Assembly: GCF_018350175.1 (NCBI RefSeq)
Contig: NC_058383.1
Span: 30,630,001-30,694,000, forward strand
DNA length: 64,000 bases
Origin: Felis catus
Taxonomy: Eukaryota
Direction of reading: 5' to 3'
The notes beneath the pieces are model-generated. The model searched no databases and was not told the DNA's origin. It saw only the letters and a program-made list of their open reading frames with translations. The stretch's first letter is position 1. The number at the start of each line of letters is the position of its first letter. Below are positions 12,000-23,856 of the stretch, piece after piece. The position numbers and the translations under genes were made by a program.

Positions 12000-14864
12000 A
12001 TCCGTGTGCACATATGGACACCCTGTTGTTTGCCAGCTGGAGCTGTCTCGTCGTAGTCAACTTGTGGATATTATAATTGACCAAAGTATAAACTCAGTGG
12101 CAGAAACGCTACCTTTAACTAAAGGCTAAAAGGCTTCCTAATTATGGCTGTGAAAGTGTGGATGTGTGATTATTCAGTGAAAAGACATGACAGGAGCTAG
12201 TGAACAATTTCCTTTTGATTAAGGGCGGGGGGGGGGGAGGCGGGAGTCTGTATTCTTTCTCTCTGGTTTCCAGTGTTTGGATCAAAAACATACTATTGAG
12301 AAAGCCTTATCGCATTGGTTTATTTGTTCCATGAAGCGTTTGGGAGGGCTTAAAACAAATAGAAGCACACAAGGAAAAAATATAAGTAAGAAACGACCAG
12401 TCAGGACCAAAGAAAATATAAGTTCATGTGTGAAGTCAAGAGTAGAGAGAGGGAGGCAGAAACAAACAGGCAGAGCTTAAGGGCCCGTGGTTGATAAGAT
12501 GTTGGTTTCGCCAGAGACAATAAAGACGATTGCCAGGAAAGAAGATCAAACCCATATCTAAGAGGGACACAGCTTTTTCTAGAGTGTCGTAGATTTAAAA
12601 GAAAGATTTCATGAGGATTGCTTTCTGGGGCACTAAGTGATGTAATGTCCGGCAGGGGGACTGCTAGAGTCCAGTTTCTTAAACTGGGTGTTAAGTCCAT
12701 GAATAGGCTGCGTCCAACCGGTGAGCCCCATAAAACCGGGCAAAAACCCCCAGCATATCTGCATAGATGCTTTGGGGAGTGGAATGGGGAGAAGGACTGT
12801 AGTCCTTCCATGATTCAAAAGACTCCATGACTCAAAAGAAGGTTAAGCAACCAAGAAGCTGACCGCCCCTGCTTGTGGCTTCCATCTGAGGGCACTTTCC
12901 CTCAAGGGGAGGTGAACATAGAGGCCATTGGGCAGAGAACCTGTGGGGGTCTGCTCTTGAGCCCAGTTCCAGTTTCTGCCCTGCCCTGGGGAGTTTGCAG
13001 GGACAGCGGATGGATGCTGCGGAAGCTTGCAGAGTTCCCTGGTAAATGGATATTATCATATAGAACCCGTGACTTCCTCGCGCGCACCTAGCTGATTGAA
13101 ACATTTATACCTCTCCTCTCATTGTTTTTCACTCTAAACACTAATTTCCTGGAATTGGCACATTTCCCACTTTTGATGGGCCTGTTTTCTGCCACTAAAT
13201 GAAATACTAAAAAGGGAGCATGATCCCAAAGGGGTTCAATTATCAGGTAATTGGTCAAGTGATTAGAATGTGAAATGAGAAATATAACAAGAGGCTGGGA
13301 TGCAGCACATTTAAGTGCCAGAACTGCTGAAGGTGCCTGTTTTGAATTTAGAGAATTTAGAGACTCGCCTGCGTGTTTGGAATTCTAGATTGTTCCCCTC
13401 TAGTTCCTGAGTAGTTTATTGGTAAACCATGGCGAGTTCTTTTGAATATATATTATTTGGGTTGTATAAAAAATTTACTGTCTCTTCCTCCCTTTATGTA
13501 TTGTTTGGGTGAAATACTGCTGTCATAATCCATAAATATTCTTGTGAAGAAATTCTATATTGATCTGTAAGGTAGCCACTTTAGACATTTCACTTGGATA
13601 ATAGATTTTGCTTCATCTTCCCCCGCCCCCGCCTCCCGAAAACACAGTGAAGCACTTTCCATACCTTACCAAAGCCCCCAGTTGTGTCGAGCCCTTTATT
13701 AATTGCACCCCAAGTTGGCTTATAGTACAGATTCAGCAGTGAGTCGCAGGAAACGTCTGGGAGCAGCCAGTGTAATAAGCTGTAGCTGTTAGATGCAAAA
13801 CTAAATGAATTTTGTCTAATAACATGTATAATTTAAGAAGTAGTAGAACCTGATTAAGCTTGATCTGTTGGCAGTGTGGCGCCAAATGACTACGTGAGTA
13901 ATGCTTAGGCTTGCAGAGTTTTAGATCAATGAATTTGCATAGCTCAATTAATTAGGAGAAGATAATGGAAAAGATTCGAGATGGCGAGATGGGATTACGG
14001 CTCTGTAAATTCTCTGGCACTAGATGAAACTAAATGTTTTTAATTGGAAGGAATAAATCCTTTTCTTAAGTTTCCACTCAAGGCTGCTTTTGCTGCGCGG
14101 TCCCCAGTCCCCGTGTATCCCAGAGCAGCGTCCTCCCCCTCCGCTGGTCTGCTCTGGCCTTGACCGTCTGTAGTCCAAGTCAGCCCAGTCGGCTGTATTT
14201 GGTTGGCTCGTGTGTGTGATCAGTCACAGCAGGTAAGTATGGGGGGGGCGGTCTGCCTGGTCCAGCTTAGCGAGAAGCAGGCCCAGTGCCTGTATAGCCT
14301 CAGGAGGTGTCCAGCGGGCCAAGGAGGGAGGCAGGGAGCGAGAGGCCCCACAAATGGCACAATCTAATCTGGTGGCCTTCGTGAGTGCCGGCGGCTGTGA
14401 GGGAAGGCGTGCTGGGCCGGAGCGGCTTCCGTGGAGCCAGAGCACTCTTGGTAGCCGTGCTGTGCTCACGGTGTTAATGGTGACATCAAATCCAGAAGGT
14501 ATCCAGAGAAATAGTGTCTCCACCCCCCCGGTGTACTTCTCCTCCGAGAACGCCACACTGGCTTTTCATGAAAAATGATAGAAAGGCAGCAAGCGTACAT
14601 ACACTGCGTGCACAGTGTTTTGTAAAACAACAACATGGGAGCAGAGAAGAGCCAGCATTTACTTCTCTTGTTTCTGTTCTCTTCCATGGCAACGTGTGCA
14701 GGTGCCCATTGCTGTTTTCAGGGCACGAGATACCAGAGCGAGCGTCACCTGCCCCCGACTGGTGGGCATTTGGTTGTGTCCCGTGTTCTGTCATGACCGG
14801 TACCATAGGGCCCCCGCGTGACCCTGCACCTCTGTGCACACGCGCAGCTGTTAAGAATGCGGCG

Positions 14865-15065
14865 GTGAAGTCCACGTGCTTAAATTCAAATCCTGGACCT
14901 CTTCTTTACCAGCCCGATAACCTTGGGCAAATTACCTCCCTCTCTGGCTGAGTTTCCTTGTCTGTAAAATGCGGATGATAACGGTACTTTGCAGGCTTCT
15001 CATAAAACTTTAAAAAGTGCTTAGAGTGTGGTCTGGAATTTAATACCGTTGTACAGTAATCACGA
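14865..15065. mobile_element. MIR
   Basis: aattcaaatcctggacc...ccttgggcaaattacctccctctctggctgagtttccttgtctgtaaaatgcggatgata. Confidence 0.7.
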
Positions 15066-15199
15066 TTATTCCTGCCAGTGGCGTTTAAAAAAATTTGTTT
15101 TTAACGTTTATTTGTTACTGAGAGATAACGGTTAATGCGGTCTGGAATTTAATACCGTTGTACAATAATCACGATTATTCCTGCTAGTGGTGTTTAAAA

Positions 15200-15203
<4 letters not shown>

Positions 15204-15253
<50 letters not shown>

Positions 15254-15436
15254 TGAGACAGAGACAGAACATGAGCAGGGGAGGGGCACAGAGAGAGGGA
15301 GACACAGAATCCGAAGCAGGCTCCAGGCTCTGAGCTGTCAGCACAGAGCCCGACGCGGGGCTCGAACTCAGGAACCGTGAGATCATGACCTGAGCCGAAG
15401 TCGGCCACTTAACCGACTGAGCCACCCAGGTGCCCC
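15204..15436 (-). mobile_element. Young Can-SINE with (TTTA)n tail
   Basis: Near-consensus body with a long ATTT tail; flanked by taaaaaaatt on both sides. Confidence 0.92.
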
Positions 15437-15445
15437 TAAAAAAAA

Positions 15446-15648
15446 TTTTTTTTAACGTTTATTTGTTACTGAGAGACAGAGTGTGAACAGGGGAGGGGCA
15501 GAGAGAGAGGGAGACACAGAATCTGAAGCGGGCTCCGGGCTCCAAGATGGCAGCACAGAGCTCGACGCGGGGCTTGAACTCAAAAACCGCGAGATCATGA
15601 CCTGAGCGGAAGTCGGTCAGTTAATCGACTGAGCCACTCAGGCACCCC
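15446..15648 (-). mobile_element. Can-SINE (older, more diverged)
   Basis: SINE body. Probable TSD gtgg(t/c)gttt at 15187-15195 and 15651-15659. Confidence 0.88.
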
Positions 15649-15659
15649 TTGTGGCGTTT

Positions 15660-16132
15660 TTTAAATGAGAGCTTGTTATTGACATAGAATTCCCATACGT
15701 GTATTTCACCCATTTAAAGTGTATAGATCAGTGGTTTCATCTGTATTCACAGAGTTGTGTGACCATCCACCGTTCATTTCAGACGTTTTCATCCATCCCA
15801 AAAGAAGGTTTGTGCCCATTAGCAGTCATTGCCTGTTTCCCTCCAGCCTATCCTCATCCCCGGCCCTCCTCAACCGCTAGCATACCCTGAGCCTCTGTGG
15901 ATTTAGCAGCTCTGGACATTTCGTACGAATGGAATCCTGTAACACGCAGTCCTTTGGGACTGGCGTCTTTCACTGGGCACCATGTTTTCAAGGTTTGTCC
16001 ACATTGCAGCACGTGTCAGTGCTTGCTTCTTTTTCATGTCCGAATAATACCGCAGCCTGTGGATAGACCATGTTCTCTTTATCTGCTTTTTGTTGTTAGC
16101 CTGTGAGATAAACTCTTAGTGGATTGTTGAAT
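15660..16132 (-). mobile_element. Old L1 (L1MA/MB-like) 3' UTR
   Basis: catttaaagtgtatagatcagtgg..tattcacagagttgtgtgaccatc..ctggacatttcgtacgaatggaatc..tgttttcaaggtttgtccacattgcagca. Confidence 0.75.
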
Positions 16133-16625
16133 TATGGAAAGAGCCCGGATGTTGAATGGCTAATGTTGAATGGATGTTGAATGGCTAAGGAAGATGCAGT
16201 ATATATGTACAATGGAATATTACTTGGTCATCAAAAAATGAAATCTTGCCATTTGCAACAAGGAGGATGGAAGTGAACGTTATTATTCTAAGCGAAATAA
16301 GACAGAGAAAGATAAATAGATGATTTCACTCACACGTGGAATTTAACAAAACAGATGAACATAAGGGAAGGGAAGCAAAAATAAGGTAAAAAGCAGAGAG
16401 GGAGACAAACCATAGGAGACTCTTAAATACAGAGAACAAACTGAGGGTTGCTGGTGGGGTGTTGGGTAAGGGGATGGGCTAAGTGGGCGATGGGCATTAA
16501 GGAGGACACTTATTGAGATGAGCCCTGGGTATTATATGTAAGTGATGAATCACTAAATTCTCTTCCTGAAATCATTATTGTACTCATTATATGTTAACTA
16601 ACTTGCATTTAAATAAAACAAAATA
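16133..16625 (+). mobile_element. 5'-truncated carnivore L1 3' end
   Basis: tatggaaagagccc...aatgaaatcttgccatttgcaac...gactcttaaatacagagaacaaactgagggttg...aataaa. TSD agt(g/a)gattgttgaat at 16118-16132 and 16866-16880. Confidence 0.85.
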
Positions 16626-16629
16626 CATA

Positions 16630-16840
16630 GGGGCGCCTGGATGGCTCAGTTGGTTGAACATTGGACTTCACCTCAGGTCAGGTCATGATCTCACAGCTTG
16701 TGAGTTGGAGCGCCATGTCGGGCTCTTTGCTGACAACTCAGAGCCTGGAGCCTGCTTCGGATTCTGTGTCGCTGTCTCTCCCTGCCTCGCCCCTGCTTGT
16801 GCGTGTGCTCTCTCAAAAATAAATAAACATTAAAAAAAAT
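16630..16840 (+). mobile_element. Can-SINE inserted in the L1 tail
   Basis: ggggcgcctggatggctcag...tctcaaaaataaataaacattaaaaaaaa. Confidence 0.9.
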
Positions 16841-17761
16841 GTATATGTATAACGTATTCCAAAAAAGTAGATTGTTGAATCAAATGGTAATACTAAGAAA
16901 AGTGGGGCTTTGTCCTAATATGTGGCACAACTAGGACATTTTAGTATTTTTATCCTGTTGCTAAACAATATCCCTAGTGACCCACAAAATCAAACTTACT
17001 GTCTCCTGTGTATGAACCTCACTCCTACACTGCCCCCCACCCACCCACCCCCACCCCCGCCGACAAAAGAAGTACAAATAAAGGAGAGGGTGTTGTTAAT
17101 GTGGAAATGGCAGTCCAGGGCAGGAAACAGAAGGGAGGCGGTGGAGAGTGGCCGCTCTCTTTGCCTCAGGTAAACCCCAGTTTGCTGTCTTCAGCAGTTG
17201 AGAATCAGTCTCTTATCATAAGACTCTTAACTCTTCATCCTTCCCAGTTTTCATTAAGTATATTTTGTCTGAAAATGTTGGAAACTAACTAGCAGGTTCA
17301 CGGAGTGGAGTTCAGCTGCTGGTATGTGTGGCCGCCTTTTTCTTTTTAAAGTAATTACTTCAAAAACAGTTATTTCCTGGTTTGTTCCTCATCATTAGGT
17401 AAACTGAAGTGGCCACAGACATTGTTACCATAAATAGTAGCACTCAGGGTAGTGGAGAGCCACCAAGGCAGGTAGCTGTGTTATTATGAAATCATGGTAT
17501 TCTTGTCCCTTCCTCCCGACAAGCAAACAGTCAGGTCTGATAGCTCTCCCAGCACTGCCCAGCTGGTTATGGGCTGCTGGGCCGAGCCCAGCCCCAGAAC
17601 TCAGAGCATAGCGCCCTTTTACTGGACCCTCGCAGAGCATAGACGTCCTAGAGAGAATGGCACGACGGGCCAAGGCTGCATGAGAACTAGGGGAACGGGG
17701 TGAAGGCGGGTGGGGACAAGTGTTCCCGACTTGAATTTGATGACAGCCACCCCCACATGCT

Positions 17762-17998
17762 TTTTTGTTTTTTGAAAAAAAATTTTTTAATGTGTATTTC
17801 TGAGAGAGAGAGACAGAGCATGAGTGGGGGAGGGGCAGAGGCGGCGGGGGGTGGGGTGGGGACACAGAATCCGAAGCAGGCTCCAGGCTCTGAGCTGTCA
17901 GCACGGAGCCCAACGCGGGGCTCGAACGCACAGACCTTGAGACCATGACCTGAGCCGCAGCTGGTTGCTCGACCGACTGAGCCACCCAGGCGTTCCCC
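17762..17998 (-). mobile_element. Can-SINE with adjacent 30-nt poly(C)
   Basis: SINE body. TSD ccacatgct at 17753-17761 and 18032-18040; poly(C) at 18000-18029. Confidence 0.88.
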
Positions 17999-17999
17999 G

Positions 18000-18031
<32 letters not shown>

Positions 18032-18404
18032 CCACATGCTCTTTTGGATCTCAACCAACACAATACAAAACAGTCTGTCTCTGTCCATTTAAGGGTGAGG
18101 CCATGCAAGTCTGTGCAGGTGGAAACAGGTGCATTTATTTGCAATTTAGGCCATCCTGCCAACCCTGGGCCACATCAGTATTATCAGGTTGAGGTTAATA
18201 GGATGATATTGTCATGGGAGTTGCTTTTCTTTGTTTAATAGACCAGGGCAGCAGTACTCAAAGATGTTAGGTTTTAAAATTTCAGTTATCGGTAAATTAA
18301 AAATGGTCCCCAGAGTCCATAACCCAGGGATCTCCAAACGCTTGATACATGCTGTGGGATGTGGGAGCTTTGCAGCAATTCTGAATGGAAGACAGCTGTC
18401 TGTC

Positions 18405-18498
18405 TTTTTTAACGTTTACTTATTTCTGAGAGAGAGAGGGAGAGTGGGGAGGGGGGTCAGAGGATCCAAAGCAGGCTCTGCACCGACTGCAGAGACTC
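18405..18498 (-). mobile_element. Truncated Can-SINE (3' part only)
   Basis: tttttaacgtttacttatttctgagagagagag...ggatccaaagcaggctctgca. Confidence 0.7.
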
Positions 18499-20314
18499 CA
18501 GGAGGGGCTTTAAGGGACAGCTTTCTCGTTCCTGGTGACCGGGCCTGCTGACAGCCCACGCCAGGACCACTGGGCCCCCAACAGCAGAAAAAAGCGACCA
18601 TATCATCATAGCAGCCCCTAGACTCACCAGTGATGAATGCCACCGTCTTCTTCAGACTTTTAAAATCACCATGTGGAACTCTTTTCGTTCCGAGACATGT
18701 AAATATTTTTCTACCCGTGAAAGGCGAACTTCATCGATTATTTAGAAAAGACAGAATCAGATGCTTGCAGTGGATGCTTATGCTTGACCTCCCTGTGCAT
18801 TTGAATGCCACTGTCCCTCCCCAGGGAGGCAGAAACCACCTGCTGTGATTGGAGCCAGATGCCCTGATGCTCTTTCTGGCTTCCCTTGCAGCTAGGACTC
18901 AGGCATGTGACCTGGTTTCCACCACTCACATCCGCCTGAAGCAGGTTGTGGATCTTCAGCTGTAGACACAGAAGAGGTAGGATCCGTCCTGGTGAGGGGT
19001 TCCACCTACACCCACATTCCAGGGGCAGCAGTGGGCAGGGTCATGACGTTACTATCATCTAGCATGGCCATCCACAGCGTCAGCGGGCAGGCCGGGGTTG
19101 GGGGCTGCGTCCAGGCCAGTGTTTCTCCCTGGAAGCATTTTTGCATGTGATTTGAGGTGCTGCTTCTGCCCTTTTATTTAGCCTTGCAACCTGGTTCTCC
19201 AGCTTTCTTTGAATCCCAGCTACCTGATATCCTTTAGTAAATTGCTACTCTGCTTAAACTAGCCAGAATCACTTGTTTGCAGGAAAGAGGCTGACCGCTG
19301 GAAGCTTGCATGCTGTTTCTTTTAGGTGCTTCCCAATTATTCCCCTGACCCCGGTCCCCAGGCCAGAGTTCGCTCTGTGCTTCTCCGTGGGTATCTGCCT
19401 TGTTCCACTCACGCCTCACTTTCATCGTGAGAAACCCAGACTCGCTGTCCTTAGAGCTTCCTTTCCATCTGGTGGCGTCTCATTGTCCCTTCAGTCATAA
19501 GGATGTTTACTTTCTGGATTCATTCTTGAACTGCCTTTCCTCCTCGCCCGACCCCTGCCCAGTGCAGCCCGTCTTCTGTAGCTTTGACTCCCCTCCACCG
19601 TGTTAGCCCCGACACTCATGCCAGGACTCTTGCAGCTGCCTGACTGAGCTCTCTACCAAGAATGTATCCCCCTCATCAAATTGTCCACCTCCACTGCGTC
19701 CTCTGCTCCTCCCGTCACCCGTGTGGTGTGCTTACAATAGATTGCCTCCATCCGGCACACCTCTGTGTACCCCATCCTGCAGGGTGACTTTGCAGCTCCT
19801 CCCCTCGGGAGATGGAGGGTGTATGTCGTGTTCCTTTCACCTCTGGTTTGCAGAGGGGTGGTCTGAGCCAGTGATGAAGAGCACAGGCCACAACATCCGT
19901 CTTCCCTGCCTGGGTACCAGTCCCAGCTGCATCCTGTCGTGGCCACGTGACCTTGGGCCTCCTCTGTAAACGAGGCTAATGATGGTACCTCCGTGCAGAG
20001 GCTTCTTGTGGGGATGACGCAAGATAAAGAACGTAAGAGGGCTGGCACAAAATACTCATGGAATAAATGGTGCTGGGCCATCCTCCCCATCCCCCTTCAT
20101 CGTCCTCCATCTTTGTTGTCGCTGATTGCCATTGTCCTCGTCCTCGTCAGCATCTCTTCCTTTGAAACTCAGCTCCGCTTCCTGTCTTTTGAAGACCTCT
20201 CCAGAATCCCCAGTTTCTAATGATCGCTTCTACTTCGAAACCCAATAGTCGGTCTGTTTCATTCCTGTGGTGCCTGGCTCGGTCTGTCATCTGCGTTTGT
20301 CTGACACACACAGT

Positions 20315-20775
20315 CTCGTTAAGAGCCTGGATTTCGGAGTCAGAAGACATGACTAATTAACTTGTGACTTTGGGCTAGTTACTTAATGTCTTTAAGCCCG
20401 GACTCTGTACAGCTGGAAAATCATGAAAATGGAAAGCATAAGCTGTGCCAGTGGGCATGCGGGAGGACCGGCTGACACAGTGACTGGGGACCGTTTCGCA
20501 CAATTCCCTCCCGGCTTGGGAACCTCCTGAAGATAGGTTCTCTGCCATTTATCCACTTGTATCCCAGAACCTCCCTACATAGTAGGTGTTCACAGCATCT
20601 ACACTTTTCGGAGACAGACAGACCCGAGTTGAAAACTGAGTGTCATTTATGAGCTGTTTGTGGGCAAGTGCCTAGACCTCGCTGAGCCTCTGCTTCCTTA
20701 GCTGGAAGCCAGGGGCGGTGACCTCTGTGCTCTCGGGTCGTCTGGGGGATGAAACAAGGCCATAAACTACAGAGC
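20315..20775. mobile_element. Two MIR fragments
   Basis: tgactttgggctagttacttaatgtc and gggcaagtgcctagacctcgctgagcctctgcttcc MIR-core motifs. Confidence 0.55.
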
Positions 20776-21407
20776 CTCTGACTGGCTTTGGTGGTGGCAG
20801 TGATGGAGTGATGTCCTCACTTGTTTTCCTTTATCCTCACTTGACGCTGTGCCAGACCGAAGTGACTAGATCCTCCTCTGCCTTTCGTTCCCATGTATTT
20901 TGTTCTGTTTCAGAGCAACCCTAGCTTCCGATGAAATGTATTTGGAAACATGGTATTTTCAGCCAAATGCTCTGACACACCGCCGTCTCCTGTAAATAAT
21001 TACACAGTGTTTTTAATTTGGTACCATTCGAGAGCATGCTGAGAGGACCTTTTCTCCTTCTTTAAAAGGTTGCCACTAGGATTGTTTTGGTAGATCATCT
21101 GGAAGGAATGAAGCGCGTCATGGATGCAAATGGTTATTTACTCATGGTACCTGTGCTGCTAGGACACCCCCACTCCTTGTGTGGAATATCAGTGCCTAGA
21201 GTCTGAGGCTCTGTCTATGTAATGCCAAGTGCTCAAAGGGAAACCAGTGAAGGCATTCAGTTTCATGGGTTTTATTTACAAGTATGTCCCGGCCCTTCTG
21301 TACCGTTCAGGTAGGCAAACCCTTTAGGAAGACCGCACTGCATGGGGCTCCTAGCATCTGTAGTGACGCGTGTAGCTAGACCGTGGAGTTCTGTGTTAAC
21401 TCCAGAT

Positions 21408-21521
21408 TAGCGTGGCCACCCAGCCTGCTTTGCGAGGGCCTGTCCTGGTTTCAGCACTAAAAAGTCTCACATCCTGGGAAACCCCTTAGTTCTGGACAAG
21501 CTGAGATGGTTGGTCACCCTC
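21408..21521. mobile_element. MER81-like hAT-Blackjack MITE
   Basis: Degenerate terminal inverted repeats tagcgtggccacc / ggttggtcaccct, with internal tagcactaaaaagtctcacatcctgggaaacccc-like sequence; about 114 bp. Confidence 0.7.
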
Positions 21522-21755
21522 CGTGTGCTATAACACGGTCTTCCTATACCCAGATTGTAGTTTGTGAAGATAGACATTTCTCTGGGCATTGTAACTAAAC
21601 ATTATAGAAGTGAGATATGGAGCATTGTTGGTTCATGCACTTCGTGTAAATGCTCACGACTCCATAGGAAGAAACCCCCCATCAGGGATGTATTTTGGGA
21701 GAGCAGTGTCATCGAGGTCTGCAAGTTTGGTCTCAAGGATTAAAGATGTAGCCTA

Positions 21756-21968
21756 GGGGCCCTGGGTGGTTCAGTCGGCTAAGCATCTGACTCTTTATCT
21801 CGGCTCAGGTCACGATCTCGGGTTCCTGAGACAGAGGCCCCACGTCAGGTTCTGCCCTGACAGTGCGGAGCCTGTTTGGAATTCTCTCTCCCCCTCTCTC
21901 TGTCTGCCCTTCCCCGACTCTATTTTGCTCTCTTTCAAAATAAATAAACTTAAAAAAAGTAAAATAAA
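21756..21968 (+). mobile_element. Can-SINE (older subfamily)
   Basis: ggggccctgggtggttcagtcggctaag...aaaataaataaacttaaaaaaa. Confidence 0.88.
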
Positions 21969-23107
21969 GCTGAACCCTAAACTTCTCCAGACACCCTCTG
22001 ACTGCTTACTTTTATCCGATTTATCATTTTGCTGATCTGCTTCCTGGTATCGCTCCGCAGAATCACTCCCTGTTGCTAACTAAATCCGTCTCTGCTGCTC
22101 CTTCCCCTGGAACAGCTTGCACGGAGCCGCCACGTGTGGTTCCACACTGTTGCAAATCACCCCCTCATTGCGGTGTCTGCCCTTCCGTTCCGGGGGCCCC
22201 CGTCTGTCCACAGACTGTCCATGTGGACAGCGTGCTCTCTCAGTCGCCTGTCCTGTGGACATATCCTTGTACCATTTCAGAGGCTCTGTAGCTGAACCGA
22301 CCTCTGCCTCTTGGAGGCACCTTGCAGAGCCCATGGTGCTGTTTAAGTGTGTCACTTAACTGGGATTTAGGTGTGTCACTTAACCGGGATTTTATTCACA
22401 CCACCTCAAACATGTCTTCCCCATTGGCTGAAGGTGTCCACCTGTTTTCATATGATGAAGCAACAGAGAACAAACTAATATCCTATGGATATGAGCCTTC
22501 TTAAAAGTATTGATCTGTATCGTAAGAATGATCTAACATCCTAGCTAGTGGATGTGGAAAGAGATACATTGAAATGCTTGCAAAACGGTCACCCTGAGAG
22601 AATTTTAGTGGTCAACCCACGAGGCTCACTGTGACAGTAGTCCAAAATGATGCAGTTCCTTTGCCAAGAAGCACCCCTCAGAGACATTTGGCCCCGTTTT
22701 TTGCTACGTTCCACCTGAGAGAGAGAAAACTGCCACTTGCCTGGAAGCTTCCTATGCGCAGGAGTTTTATAGTGAGTCTGACCCCAGCCTCTCTCTAATT
22801 GGTCCACTGTACAGAGAAAAGCTGGTATTCTCCCTGTTGGCCTCTTCCTCCCAGCACTAGACAAGGTCCTGTGAAAATTAGATTTTTATGAATAGACTGC
22901 ATGCGGCAGAGGATCTTGGAGGTCTTTACAGTTTACCCTTCTGCAGGGCGAGGAATGAGCGTGTGTGTGTGCCCATCCCCTCAATTCGTTCTATCGTATG
23001 CGTGCGGATCAGATTGAGAAGTTGTGTCCCCCTCTCCACCCCTGCAGCATATTGAGAACAATGCTGTTAGCGTGGGGGGACCTTCTCTTGGGAGGAGGAG
23101 CAGCCTC

Positions 23108-23158
23108 TGTGTGTGCATGTGCACGTGTGTGTGTGTGTGTGCGTGCACATGTGTGTGC
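23108..23158. repeat. (TG/CA/CG)n alternating purine-pyrimidine repeat
   Basis: tgtgtgtgcatgtgcacgtgtgtgtgtgtgtgtgcgtgcacatgtgtgtgc. Confidence 0.85.
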
Positions 23159-23510
23159 AGTCTCAAACCAACAAGCAGGTGCTTGTGGACGTTGCCTTGA
23201 GCTACGAGGGCTTCATCTGGTTTGGGTTTGGCTTGAAAACATCCTGTCAGAATGATCGAGGGACAGAGCCAGTTTCAAAACCAATATTTATTGTTTCATT
23301 TATCTTCCTGCAGAGTCTGGAAGTCACATGGGTGGGTTCAAAGGCCACAGTGCACCTGGGTATGGTCTTTGTTATTGAGACGCAGTCTGCAGACCCGATG
23401 TCTATCTTCTACCTGACAAAACTGTGCCACACAAAGAAATAAAAGGTTGGAGCCGGGAATGACGGGCAGCCAGGGAGGAAAGCCGCCAAGGACCCCAGGG
23501 AGGTTGCCTG

Positions 23511-23856
23511 CGTTATAGTGAAATGAGCATGATGAACTTTTCAGGAACCCAGAGCCTCATTCGTGGCCGTCTTGGGTCATCCCTGTCCAGGTTCTTCACA
23601 GCCCACACGGGAGGAACATTTTCCTCCTTTCCTGGGTCCGTCACCAAATAGGGCTGGATTTCCAGAAGGCTCAGCTCTGACAGAAAAAACACAAAAGGGT
23701 GGGGGCTCCCCTGGGAGTGTGGTCCAGGTAAAGGAAGGAAGCACAGACTTCTTGTGAAAAGTAGGAAGTGGACTGACATCGGCATGTGTAGTAGGGGAGG
23801 GGGATTCTGGAGGAAGGGGGGATTTATGAGGATCTTCAGGAAAGGGGATTCTATCA
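23511..23856. mobile_element. Possible ERV solo LTR (carnivore type)
   Basis: Ends cgtta...tatca, with internal ccctgtccaggttcttc. Tentative resemblance only; no TSD seen. Confidence 0.35.

Noticed and set aside
12250..12392. Cryptic exon (pyrimidine tract plus CAG at 12271-12273, possible GTAAG donor near 12386)
   Set aside because: Such pseudo-splice sites are common in long introns, and there is no homology or transcript evidence.
17425..18162. 245-aa minus-strand ORF, the longest in the window
   Set aside because: It spans a SINE and the poly(C) run (poly-Gly); low complexity and no recognisable domain.
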